Shown here piece after piece: positions 30,370 to 44,820 of a stretch of DNA of 64,000 nt. Position 1 is the first letter of the stretch; every line of letters begins with the position of its first letter. The notes under the pieces were generated by a model. The model did not search any database and was not told where the DNA came from. It saw only the letters and a list, made by a program, of their open reading frames with translations. Position numbers and translations under genes: made by a program. Location of the stretch: NCBI RefSeq assembly GCF_009914755.1, contig NC_060947.1. One strand, 5' to 3'. The stretch comes from the human T2T-CHM13v2.0 reference genome, Homo sapiens.

Positions 30370-31140
30370 CATAAAATATTTCAACACCTTCCCATTGTCC
30401 CTGAGAGAAAACTCAAGGACCTTAACATATTCTATAAAGCCCTCCTTGTTATGACTCTTGCTTGCCTTTCCAGCCTCAGCTTAGCCACTCCCATTCAGGT
30501 ACCCTATAGGCTAGACACAACATGCCAAGGCCATTTCACCAACACACTATGAATGTTCACCCTCCATGACTTTCTTCATATTGATCTCTTTAACAGAAAT
30601 GCCTTTCTCAACATTTATGTCCAATGAACTCAAAATATTTCTTCAGGACCTGGCTGCAAAACATGTTTTCTATTGAGTTTTCAGCTGCTATTATCACCTC
30701 CAAGGCAGCCTACACTCTTATATTCTATGTTCCTATAGCACTTTGCCCCCCGCTTTATTAAAGCTATCATCTAGTATTGCAATTGTTTATTTTCATGTCT
30801 GTCTCTCCCACTAGACTAACGTCTATTAGGACAGAGATCAAATCTGACTTAAGTATCATTGCCTCCTTGACAAGATGTCTGGCTTTGAGTAAGTGTTGAG
30901 TGAATGTCTGTTGTATGAATAGACATGCAGAATTGTGGTTTATAGAGGCTGAAAGGAGCCTATTATAATCGGTGATAAATAAAAGGAACCTATTGTTACT
31001 TGTTTATTTTCTGTCTTCCTCATTGTAAATTCCAAGACAGCAGGCACCATGTCTGTCTTATTCATCACTGTGTCCCCAGCACCCAGCACAGTGTCTGGAA
31101 CACAGTAGGTACTCTGAATGGCTTAATGCATGAATAATCT
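30370..31140 (+). mobile_element. L2 3' relics (two 3' ends)
   Basis: GTCTGTCTCTCCCACTAGACT; TTCATCACTGTGTCCCCAGCACCCAGCACAGTGTCTGGAACACAGTAGG. Confidence 0.7.
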
Positions 31141-31144
31141 AAAG

Positions 31145-31362
31145 CAAAGTTTCCAAACCTCAGCACTATTTTGGGCTGGATAATTCTTTGTTACAGAGTG
31201 TCTGTCCTGTGCATTGTAGAATGTTTAGCAGCATCCCCAGCCTCTATCCAGTAGACACCAGGACACTACTACCACACAGTCCCAGGTGTGACAACCAGTA
31301 AGGTTTCCAGACACTGTCAAATGTCCCGTATTGAGCAAATTTCCTCTGCCTGAGAACCATTT
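31145..31362 (+). mobile_element. MER20 (hAT-Charlie MITE)
   Basis: GGATAATTCTTTG...GTCCTGTGCATTGTAGAATGTTTAGCAGCATCCC...GTGACAACC...TGAGAACCA. Confidence 0.85.
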
Positions 31363-32942
31363 ACCTGAAGAAAGAGCTGTTAGTGGACAGCAAAAATAAA
31401 TTCTACCTGCTACTCAGAGGGTGGGCCTTTTCAATATCCAAATTAGCAAATCCCTTCTCTTGTCTATCTTTCAATGACATTAAAGAGAACAAAGAGGGAG
31501 ATGAGAAACAGCCAAAAATCCCAGGTTCCTGGGACCAAAGCATGCCTATGTCTATTCTCCTGTCTTGACAGCCAGCTGTAACCCCAATTGACCAGCACAG
31601 TGTTTCTTCTGTTCACCTTCCACCTCACTTCACATTGCCTATGAAGACAATTCCATAGTGGCTGCAGATATTAGTCTTTATTCCAGGTAACTGCCTAATA
31701 TGCATTCAGCGCTCCATAGGACATTGATTAGCATTGTGTTTGGTACGCATCCACAGCATTCATTAAGACATGACCTGTTGGAGGCAGTTGCTATTCTGTG
31801 GGTGTAGAAACAATGAATCATCACAAGGGTTTCCTCCCATTGCTTTACTAAGTCCCCTGACACCTTGGCTTTTATTCAGGCTTTCTTGAGTTTCTCATTC
31901 CTGAGACCCCCATTCTTGAGATTCAATCCTTCAAAAGATAATCAGAAAATGAAAGCCATAACAAGAATCACGTTTGCTTATGTTCTTCACTTTATCTTCA
32001 GTGTCCTCCCCTTTCAAATCTAATATTTGGTGAATGAATGAATAAATTATGGTCAGTTCTTTAACCAAAGATTAATCAAACTGGGAAAAAATAATGGTTA
32101 CCTGGTCTAAGCCATTTATCTTTTAAGAAAAAAAATAAAACCCAGAAAATATATATGATTTACCAAAGATAATAATCAATGAGTGGTAAAGTTGGAACTA
32201 GAGCTCAAATCCTCATACTCCTATCTGGTACTGAATCAGGCTCATAGGTTATATACAAAAGGGAGTACAGGTGCCCCTATAGGAAATAAGTGAGACTTAT
32301 CTGCTGATATCAGGCTGATCCTTGTAATAGGCCAAACAGGCAAAGTTTTGATACCTAGTACAGTTTTTTGTACATGGAAGGTGCTCAACAAATGTTTGTG
32401 GAATAAATAGTTGAATGAGATACAACGTGGAATGGTGTTAAGGGTCCTGCTAAAAAGTTCTATGTTGCAGGGAGGCATCCATTGTGGGAAGCCACAGGCA
32501 GCTACCGAGACAAAATTAAGAAGATTCCTTGAACTAGGAGTCCAAGGAGATCAAATTTTGTGGGTGGCCTGGGGACCTAAATTTTGTCTCCTCACAATTT
32601 AGCAGAAGGTTAATCCAGTGTCTGGTAAAGAGAAAAGTGTTCACTTGTTAATAATCAAGTTACAGAGCATGAGTCTGAGGCAGAATTTACCTGTAGTTCT
32701 ACATGGGCATCCGTGTCTATGGCTCTGTGTACCTTTCTCTCCCTTTCCACTAGAATGTTTTCTGTCCTTCTTCAGCTCTCCTCCAGTGCCCATAATTCTC
32801 AAGTCTAAGATGAAGCCCCCAAAATCCTGAAGGTATTTACTCTGCTTATGGTGTGGCCATTCTGTTCTTGGGGGCTTTTTTGTCCATTTTGTAGCATATA
32901 CGCTTTTAAAAGAAGTGACTCCAATAACAAAATCATATTACT

Positions 32943-32945
<3 letters not shown>

Positions 32946-33020
<75 letters not shown>
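32946..33020. repeat. Compound microsatellite (TC)n(AC)n
   Basis: About 17 TC units followed by about 20 AC units, uninterrupted. Confidence 0.98.
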
Positions 33021-33025
<5 letters not shown>

Positions 33026-33372
33026 AGCCCATACTAAATCAGTGACTAAGCAAATTTATTACATTACTCTTGATAGATAGCCTCATTAAATTTTCATAAA
33101 GGATCTGCATTAATAAAGTCACTACCTTCTTCACAGGGGAAATGGTGTTCGTGGTGGCAGAGGCTAGGATAACGTACTCACTTAATGAAACGCACTGTGC
33201 TAAGTCCCATTTTTAAAGAGGGAGAGGAGTAATGAAGTAGGTGACCTGTTTTGAGAAAAGCATGAAACCAGAGATCTTGCAGGAAGCCCTTAGATGAGTG
33301 CCCCATGCCTAATGTTCAGTTCTGCTCCTCCTGTGTCTGGAAGTGTTTGTTGTTTGGTTGCCTCATCCCTAA

Positions 33373-33766
<394 letters not shown>

Positions 33767-34978
33767 TAAATATCTTCTACTCTAGCACCAGACACTCAGC
33801 GGCCTTATGTCTTGGGTGCTTCAAGCTCCACACTGTGGTGCCCCATCTAGATTTGTTCATCACCCTAAGGCTAGAGTCTAGCTTTTTTCCTTATGCTCAT
33901 CAAAATTTTTCTCTCCTGTATCAACATATCTCTGGCCCAGTGTTCTGTGAAGTCTGTACTTATAAAACTGGTGTTAACAAACGTTTTGGTGTGGCAGAGT
34001 ACCTGAAAGTCACAGCTCGCTTTATGGAATGCCATGGAATGCTGATGCATTAAACCTAAATGTAGCATTTTGTGCAAAATATAACATGTGGGTTACCAAA
34101 GAATTATAGCGTTTTCTGCACATTCTGCCTATATAGAGTTAGCTTCAGGTCACAGGATTGTTTCAAGGCAGTTCTGTGACAGAGAGAGGACACAGTCTGG
34201 AGTAATGACAATTTCCCGAAAGAGAAAGATCCACAGAAGACAATATCCCTTCCTTTAGTTCTCATTGTACTTGAGTTCCGGCTAACGTATCCTTTCTTTC
34301 CTCCATGTGAACAAAAGCTGAGAGGCTGAGGTCCTGAGTATCCTTTGTCTTCTACATAACGAGTTTAAGACTGTATGGAATCATTATTTTTTTAGACAAA
34401 AGTAGAAAAGCGAAACCAGGGACTGACTAATGAGTGAAAAGCAAAAAGAAAACATACAGAATAGCAATACATGCTTTGTAGAGTAGGAGCAGGTCATGGC
34501 CAGAGTCAGAAAGATGCCTTGAAAAATTAAACCTCAAATTCCATGCTGTGCAAGGACTAAAGTAAATGTCTGTAGGTCATTTCAGTGTCAAAGGCAGTGG
34601 GAATAAAAAGGACAAGGCCCAAGAGCTAAAATGAGAGAAGCAATAGAGTAAGTGGCTATGAGGGAAATCTGCATGTTCATTTGTGAGTGTGTGTGTTCAT
34701 TTTATAAAGAATAACAGTAGAAGTAGTGGAGGAAAAGTAGTATTTATCCAAAGCACAAGTAATGGCTAATGTTCACAATCCAGAAGACCAATTAACTAAA
34801 GCACAATTCGCGTATCCATGTTTTATGCTAAGTATGAGGATGTATAGCTACATAACCTTGGGACAGTTATTTAACCACTAAGTTTCCTCATCTGTAAAAT
34901 GGGCATAATAAGTGTACCATATTTCCAGAATGGTTATGAGAATTAAATAAGACAACATAGATAAAGCTCCTAGTGCAT

Positions 34979-35373
34979 TGCTATTGTCTGAATGTGCCCC
35001 CAGAATTCATCTGCTGAAAACTTAATCCCCAGTGCAACAGTGGTAGGAGGTAGGGCCTAAAGGTAAGTGTTTAGGTAATGAGGGCTTCTCACCCATAAAT
35101 GGATTAATGCCATTGTGAAAGGGGCTTGAAGGATTGGGTTCACTCTTTCCCACTCTTCTGCTATGTTAGAAAATAGTGTTTCTCTCCTCTAGAGGGCGCA
35201 GCCTTCAAGGAGCCCTTTTGGAATTAGAGAGCAGACCCTCCCCAGACACCAAACGTTTTGATGCCTTGATCTTTCACTTCCCAGCTTCCAAAACTATAAG
35301 AAAGAAATTCCTGTTCTTTATAAATTACCCAGTCTGCGGTATTCTGTTATTGTAGGATGGTGTCTAAGATACA
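34979..35373 (+). mobile_element. MST (MSTD-like) MaLR solo LTR nested in a MIR (~34830-35420)
   Basis: TGCTA..GTCTGAATGTG...ATGGATTAATGCC...TTCTTTATAAATTACCCAGTCT; MIR core before it and MIR tail after it. Confidence 0.8.
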
Positions 35374-36753
35374 CAGTGTCAAGTACACCACAGATGCTCA
35401 ATATATAAAAGGATATTATTAGTACTGTCATTATAAATGAGTTTAGATAGGATGACGAATTTTGATTATAAGTCTTGACACAGAAAACCATTTGCCCAGC
35501 CTAGAACACTTTTAAAACCATATCTAAAAATCAAATGTATCTTTCAGAAGTCAAGTATTTTCATTTATTCATGGACAATTGCAGATTTAAGATGAGGGGG
35601 AAACATTTTTTTTAATATTAGCTTCAGCAAAAGAAGTTTGGATAAGACCCTAAAGTTACCTTGAAAATATTTATTTTACATATGTAAGGATCAATCGGGC
35701 TGTCTCTGTTATTTATCATAACACCTCCTCCCAAAAAATCCTAGTTCAAAACTCAGTCTAATTGACTGCTTAGAATCAGAAGGTCAACCAGAAAAAGGAA
35801 GAAAGAAAAAGCTACACTTACTTGACCAAATTCAAATTCCTTTAGGGTTTGTTCGTATTAAGTTTTCTCAAATTGTATACAAATCCACAGCTGTAGCAAA
35901 CCCCAGAGTCTGAAAAGAGGGCTGTTAAAAGTTCAAATTAGAAAGAAGCTTAACTAATTTGGCAGTCTCTGAAGTGCCAAAAGTGTCGTTGAGAAGCAAT
36001 AGTACTAAGGGCCTGTCAAAATATCAGAAGTCAGACAGTGAACTATGTAGGCGACAAGGTTAAATACCATCAAAGAGAAGGACTGAAAGAAGGTCAATAA
36101 TTGCCTGGACAGGAAAAGAAGATGAATAGAATTTTCTTTTCCTTGCCCACACCACCACAGACCTCTGCCAGATGGAAAGGTATTGATAGAATTTGAAGTG
36201 ACCAGGAAAAATGCAGAAGGTGTGCCCTCAGCTTCACAACTTGAACCATGAAATGTAAAAAGAACCAGTGCGGGGCAGGTTTTATAACTCTTAGCTCCCT
36301 AGTCTGAGCATAGCCAACTGAAAATATAGAGCTCCTACACACAAGACATGTTTGATGCACACGACTGATATTTAACATGTGAATATAAATCATCATAAAA
36401 AGGTTTATTAAACCATAAGGGACAGGGGTTGAGTTTAATTAAATGTGCTAGATAAATGTTTACACCTAAAACCATTAATACTGAAAATCCTTCAAAAGTT
36501 AATTTGTCAGTTTTTTTGTATGTGTGCTATATTTCACAATAGATTAAAAACATAAAAATTATATATATGTGTGTATATATTTGTGTGTATATATATTGAC
36601 AATGGATTAGTCCTATAGTCTTTTATCGTGTCTTAGTAAGTTTTTGAATAAAGCTTGTTGCACCTCTATTGCTAGAGAATTTTATGGAGTTTCAGAGTTA
36701 TCATTCTGCAAATCACTGATCCCTATCCAGGCATCTTTGTGAAAAGTAGAGTA

Positions 36754-37296
36754 AAGTAGTCCTCCCTTATCCAGTTTTGCTTTCCATGGTTTCAGTTACC
36801 TGCCATCAACCACGGTCCAAAATTATTAAATGGGAAATTCCAAAAACGAATTCATATATTTTAAATCGCACACTATTCTGAGTAGTGTGATGAAATCCTG
36901 AGCCAAACCACTTTGTCCTACCTGGGGCATGAATCATCTCTTTGTCCAGTGTATCCACACTGTAAACACTACCCATCCATTAGTCAGTAGCCACCATCTA
37001 TGTTATCAGATTCGCTATTGCAGTATTGCCATGCTTGTGCTATGTAACCCTTATTTTACTTAATAACGGCCACAAATCACAAGAATGGTGATGCTAGCAT
37101 ATTGTTATAACTGTTCTATTTTATCATTAGTTATTATTGTTAATCTCTTACTGTGCATAATTTATAATGTAAGCTTTATCATAGGTATGTATGTATAGGA
37201 ATAAATATTGTATATTTAGGGTTCAGTATTATCCATGGTTTTAGGCATCCGATGGGGTCTTGGAACATATCCCCAGCAAATAAGGGGGAACTACTG
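36754..37296. mobile_element. MER44B-like (Tigger7-derived) element
   Basis: TIR-like ends AGTAGTCCTCCCTTATCC ... AATAAGGGGGAACTACTG; ~540 bp. Confidence 0.8.
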
Positions 37297-37699
37297 AGCT
37301 AAGGAAACCAGTACCTCCCTTATAGTTATTGTGAAACTTTATCCTAAAAGCTGAAAAAAAAATTAAAACTACAAACAAAAAAAATAATAATAAAACACAT
37401 ACACACAAAGAAACAACAATCGCTGTTTACAATGTATAGTGATGAACAATAGTCGATCCATCTTTTATTCCCCTTTCCTTCTCTTCCCAAAACTGTAATT
37501 CTTGTCACCCTATAGATAAAAGTCAATTCATATAGCAGACGTATATGGAGTTTCTATTTTCTTTTAGACACTGTGCTAGATGTCACAATGATTACAAACA
37601 TAAGTCACTATCCCAGCCTTCATTGAACTCATGATATCTTAGCTGAATCATTAGAATCGATTATACTGACTAAATGCAAAAGGCTAATGGGGTTATAGT

Positions 37700-37940
37700 A
37701 ACAACTGCTATCATCTATTGGGTACTTAATGGATGTTGAGTCATACATTAAATCCTTTAACCTTCTCAATAACTCTATGATATGAATATAATTAGCGTCC
37801 CAATTTTACAGAAGAAACTCACACACAAAGTAGTTGAATGAAGTACCAAGCTCACCCAGTAAGTGGTGGAACTGGGAATCAAACACAGCCTGATACCAAA
37901 GCCTGTGTTTTTCAATTTTCTTCTCTACTGCCTCCCATCA
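37700..37940 (-). mobile_element. MIR
   Basis: CCCAATTTTACAGAAGAAACTC...AGTAAGTGGTGGAACTGGGAATCAAAC. Confidence 0.65.
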
Positions 37941-40900
37941 GGAGAATTTAGTTTGATTCAGAAAACAGAGGGACCCATTTGTTCTAGAAGTTCAGGGAAG
38001 GTGGTCTAGAGACATATTAAATGTTGTCTAGTAGCACTCAGAGCAGCACCCATGGTTGGACAGCTCTCACACTGCACAAAACGTATTCTGCCATGCTACA
38101 GCCCAACCTTCATTTCAAGTCTGCCTTCTTTTGACCCATCTTGGGCAAGGTCCTTTCTTTCCCACCTTTGAGCATTCTCCTAGGCCATCTCAAGTATCCA
38201 AACTTTAGATTCTAAAATAATTTTCCTTATTTTATTTCCAAACATTTCTTTCACAATGGACTCTACAATCACCCTTCACAATTATGCAATGTGGCCAAAA
38301 CAGTTTCAGTAAAGCCAAAAGGAGGGAAAAATTGATCCAAGATCCTCATAAAACTATACCTAAATGAATATTCAGTATCCTAATAGGAACTAAATCCCTG
38401 GTCTACCAAGACAAAGCTTTAAATTATGATAACACTTTATAACATGCTGTTTTTATAAAACATGTCATCATTATTCAGTCCCTTTGTGCTAAATTAGGTG
38501 GGGATCTTGAACCCATTTCTATAAATTCCTGTTGTCAATCTCAGCTTCCCCATGATCACACATTATCCAGCACTTATTAGTTGCCCTTTCTCTGTGTAAG
38601 AATATTTCATAAAAGTCAGGGTTTTCTGGCAGCCACAAATAGCTACCACCAATGCTATGGGAACAATCTTATAGAAACCACACAGCTAATTAACAGGATG
38701 CTCATAAAACAGGAGAGTCCTAAAACACTGAAATAGAAAACACTGGCTGCTAAACTAAGAAACATGAGGCAGGGGTAGGGGGAGGAAGAAATTCTTATAT
38801 GGCACCACACCTTCTCCTCTCACTGCATTATCTCAGAGTTTATCAATTCTGTTTTGGAAATTTTTTAATAATTGTTTTTAAAATATCTTTCACTGTAATA
38901 AACTTCCCCTACTCTTATGGCTTTCTTCTAACATATTTTTCAACATGGATGAACCTTTAGTGGCTGAATTTCAAAAGATATGTAAACCCTATAAGTGTCG
39001 GGCAAAATTCTGCATGTCTGTGAATGCGTAGGAGGTTCAGGGTTGGCTTTTCTCAGATTTTCAACATGGCCCTCTCCTAGATTACTGCTCTGAGAGAGGT
39101 TGTGAAGCCTAGTAAGAGAACATTTTCTAGATGATATTTGTGACCATGTCTAGCTAGGAATCCAGATTACTTCTGCTGGCATCATTTTCTACATCTTTGC
39201 ATTTGCTGGAATGGAATTTCAAAGTCACATTAAACATGGGACGTTTTACTATAATACATTTCCTTATAGTAAAATTTTACTTCTGGTATTTCAGTCATTG
39301 TGGCAAGACTAGGATAAACTATCAAAAAGTCATCAAAATTGTCTTTAAAATACCAGACAGAAATGAAACTCCTGGAGCAAATATTGAGTCCAATGGACCA
39401 TTGTTCTCTTTGATTAGAGTCTTCTTTCTTCCATGGTTTTCCACATGCTTTTGGGATGTATCCTAGAACCTCCTAAAGGACACTCAGATAAACGGCCAAC
39501 TAAAGATATTTGCAAAGATTAAGGAAGCTCAGCATTTGTTTACAGGGCATTATTTGTACCACACTGTATATTCACTGCCATGAAAGCAGAAAATAGTTGA
39601 ATTAATCCTCACAAAGCAAATTAAGACAATATTGTGCTGGGTCACGTTTGTGGATTATCAGATTTCCATCCATCAATCTTGAGCTATTGCTCGGCAAATA
39701 CTCAAAACCTAATTTTATACTCTACATAAAATTTGGACAAAGCCAATTGGATTCACTCTCATTTGTCAGGATTTCATTCTTCTTAACAAAAAATAAAGAA
39801 ACTAAGACGTTTACATGATATAATGCTTATAACTGTGATTCAATGATAGATTTTATTTTTAGGTGCAATCACTTTTTAGTCATTCATGTGTAAAGAAGTG
39901 CTGAGGGAAAAATGCCATAGCTCATTGGGTTAGGGAGGACTGCATTCAGTTTTCCCTGGAACACAGCATGGTTGTCATCAATTTTATCTCAGGAGGAGGG
40001 TACACCATCAGTTTACACATTGATTGCAGCCACTCTTCCAGAGGGAGAATCAAACCCCTATTTTATTCTATTGTAGTTGGTTACAATAGAAGATCAGGTC
40101 AAAGAACTGCCTTACAGTGAAATTTGGTAGGCAGTCAACAACCAATATTGAGCACCCACTGTGTGCAGAGCATTAGGACAAAAGAATAATACAAATAGTC
40201 TCACTTGCGAGGGTATGGTCATTGACACTGACTATTGACTCAAACTTCACAAGAATGAAAGCAGGGCACATGATTTAAGTCATCCTTTCTTCTCATCTAA
40301 GGGTAGTACCTGTCATTGTTATTCCTCCAACTCAATGCCTCTCCTAAGTTCCCCAAGCCTGCTACTTTGAACATTATTACTTCTCCTATATTAGAAATGA
40401 CAGCACTCTAATAAGGTAAGTGTGATTTTCCCACATGCAAGGCAGATAAATAGAGTGACTGCCATCTGGGATCTGAATGGAATGTAGGCCCTAAGAAATA
40501 GAAAAAGTCTAGAAAGAAAACTCATCTAGTTGTGGAAAGCAATGTGGTAAAGCTCATTGGGATTCATCTGCCTTTTCATTTTTCTACCTCCTTTCTCATG
40601 TAATTCTCCCCCACCCCTAGCCTCCCAGAGTCACCATCATCAACACTGCCTCTGAGCCCGGAGAGTCAAAATACTTTCCAATCATGTCATGGAGTGATCT
40701 CAACCCCTTCCCTATTATACACAGCTTGGGCAGGCACAGGGAGAAGGGTGGTTATTTTTAACGTCCTCTCTCTCTGTTTCAGCCATTTCAGAAAATGCTC
40801 AGGAAACAGGCCAGGATTTGCATAGCTCTGTGGAGAGTTGTTTAAGTCAGGCCAGACTAAAGAAAAGTATAGAGATCTAAGTTTATCTAAATATGTGCAA

Positions 40901-41811
40901 CTAAATATGCAATTATTTTACATTTTATGTTACGTATTTCTCTATGTGCACAAGCATGATAGGAATAAAGAATTTTTTAATAAAATCTGAAGCACATTAA
41001 CAAGGAAGTCAGTACATAATGAAGAGTATAACACAATAATGTTAACTGAGCTGGGGACTAGATGCTCAACCATAGGTAACTCAGTGAGAAGCGTTACAGT
41101 GCTGTTTGAATACCTTTCTAATTTTTATTTTTCTCATATGCAAAAGATACGGTCTTTCCCAATAATAATAACAATATCTTATTTCACAAGGATTCTGTGA
41201 GTGCATGTCCAATTTCATTGCATACAATGTCATTATTACAAATATTGTCCTTCAGAAAAAATAAAAAGAGGAGGTGGTAATAGTTCCCTTCTTTCAAGTA
41301 TTTTTGCATTCATCCAGCTGTCTACTATGCAGGCAGCTTCACATACAAAGACCGTGTAAGTTTCCCAACCTCAAAGAACTTGGAATATCTCAGCAGGGAA
41401 AATTTGAAAAAAATTATAAACCAGCATGAGACAAATCTCCTGAGAGTTGTACGAAGAGGTTTAGGAATTCAGAAAGGAGTTATATCTTCTCTGTCTAGAG
41501 TAACGACAATGAGAACAGCTACCTTTTACTGAGTGATTAATATATCCCAGACATGTGGTAAGTCTTTCATGCTTTACACTTTATTTTTTCCTCACAATAT
41601 CTACTTCACAGAGCTTTCCCCATTTTTCAGTTTACGGAACTGAGACTCTGAGAGGTTGGTAACTTGCTCAAAGTCACAGGGCATATTTAATAACTCACCC
41701 TGGAGTAGTTGAGCCACAACTCCAAAGTTCATATGTGAAGAGACGCCATTTGAAGTTCCCTCTAAAGGATGGGAAGGTTATTGTTGGGTGGGGATATGAA
41801 AGATGCTTCCG

Positions 41812-42104
<293 letters not shown>

Positions 42105-43084
42105 GAAAGATGCTTCCATATGGAAGGAAAGCCTTAAATAAAGCCACAAAGATAGGAAACAGCAAGATGTATTCTGAAAAGGATGAAAGAGGATTTTGAC
42201 TTAAGCCCATAGGGAATCAGTAGTAGAACAGATAAGGTCTGGAACAGATTGTGGAAGGCCTTGAATGTCAGTGTATGGCCCATTCAGTGGGCAGCTAGGA
42301 TCCAGCAAAGCTTTTGAGCAGAGAGATAAAGTAATCAACAGCAGTAGCTTAGGCAGATTCATCTGGAGAGGTGACAGGATGCATTGATGTGACAGAGGCA
42401 GGGAAATCAGTTAGTATATGCCAAAGCATATAAAATGGCAACAAGGGTATGAAGTGGTGACTATTGAGAGGAAGAAATACAAGACACCATCAAATAACAG
42501 TCAATAGACTTGGTAACTAGGGAGAAAGGGAAAGCTGGAATCAAAAGGCACTTAAGCTGCTGGACACAGCAATAAGAAAACAAAAAGAGTAGTTTGAGGA
42601 GAAGATGACAGGCTTGTTTTCAGATAGGTCAGACTTGAGCCATCTGGCACAACTAAGAAATCCAAAGCAGTAAATACATTTCTACTAGCCCTTGGACTAG
42701 ACTTGCAGATTTTCACACATACAAATTAGGTGTCACAGCCCAATCTCCTTCAGAGCTCTTTGAACAAAGTATTTGTATTTCAGGAAGTGATGCTTAAGTA
42801 GGAAATGAATTGTCTCCCCACAAATCCACATTCAATCAGTTTACTGTATAGCCATTTTAAGCAATATCCCTACCAGAGAATCAAAAAAGAGATGCTTGTC
42901 TCACAGAAACATTCCCTTTTGTTAGCCTAGTAACAGTGAGTCATTACTTATTACCAACTTTGTCTTTGTCAGGACACAATGTAAAGTTGGCTGGGCATCG
43001 TTGCAGCAATACCATTCTGATTGGACTTACATGATTTCCTTGGCATTATAGTTGCTATTGAACATTCTTTTATCTTATCTAAAA

Positions 43085-43335
43085 CATCAAATAATAACAA
43101 AACTCTCAAGTTTGTATAGTACATTATATTTCACAAAGAACATTCACACACTTATGATGTCATTTTATTTTCACAGCAATCCTGTTGATACAGATGTTAT
43201 TATTATTATTTTATTAATGTAGAAATTGAGGCTCAGAAAGTTTCATAATTTCCCCAAGGTCACAAATTTAGTAAATTACAGAACAGGGATGTGAACCCAA
43301 GTCCTCTGACCTGCTATTCTTTCTTCTATACCACA
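43085..43335 (-). mobile_element. MIR
   Basis: GAAATTGAGGCTCAGAAAG...CCCAAGGTCACA. Confidence 0.7.
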
Positions 43336-44295
43336 AATCATCCTTCTTGTGTAAATAAATGTAATTACTTTCTATCAAAAGAATGACTTCCAACCACCAC
43401 CACAATCCCTGGAAGCTACTGCAAAATCAATAGAGCTCTAGTTTATCCTCAGTGAAGTTAACTACAGCGGTTCATTTGAATTATCCTTAGTGTGTCATTA
43501 AAATAAAGAATTGACTTTGAGCAAACATTGGGAATCATTAATTACTAGCAGTTTATTATCAAATCTTTCATAACTCAATGCTAATATTAGCTAATATTTA
43601 CTTAGTCATCCATTGGTCAAACAGTGAGTGAGCACCTACTATGCCCATGCACTGTGCTAGATGCCTGGGATGAGATGGTGCCTATGGTTAAATAGAGAGA
43701 ACACTGAATTGAGAGTCAAGAGCTATGACTTCCAGTCTAGCTCAATCACTAATTATCTCTGTTCCCTTGGGCAAAACATTAAATGTCTTCTGAGCCTCAT
43801 TTATTTACATGACTGTTGTATAATTCAAATGAGAAGAGGCATCTGAAAGAATTCTGAAAACTGTAACATCTGGAAAAATTTGAGGTGCAATAAAAGAAAG
43901 AACCACAAACTTGCAGAGTAAGACAAATAAGGGATGGGGTGGCAAATCTAATTAGTGAGTAATTTAAATAACAGAGTGCTTTTAAAGAACTTATGTTCCA
44001 TTACTCTTGAGTACACACAGTAACAATTACAGTGACTGACTGTACGCTCAAACACTGGCCACACACACACACACACACACACTGAATTGAGACACACAGA
44101 AATATCCAATTTCTTACTAATATTTTCAAAACAGCGTCTTCATTGAATGACTGCAACTGCTGCATTCTTTTCTAATTTTTGTGCAGACAAAGACATTGCT
44201 AATTTATAACATAGTTAAACCAGAACTGTTTTCATGAATTTCTGGACATTTTAAAAGTAGAACACTAATTTTTCTTCCCAAATAATTTCAGATTT

Positions 44296-44661
<366 letters not shown>

Positions 44662-44820
44662 TTACCTTTGCCCTCAGCTACCACAACAGTGTGGGCTTGG
44701 AAATCAGACTTCCATTTGAGTAAAAGGCGTACTAGCCACTAACCATGTAACTGTTGGTGAGTTAATTCACCTTTCTGAGCCTCAGTTTCCTCTTCCGTCA
44801 AATGGACAGGCTAACTAATA

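Noticed and set aside
33182-33245. Minus-strand AG...GTGAGT pair defining a 64-nt exon
   Set aside because: Weak pyrimidine tract and no other support; expected by chance
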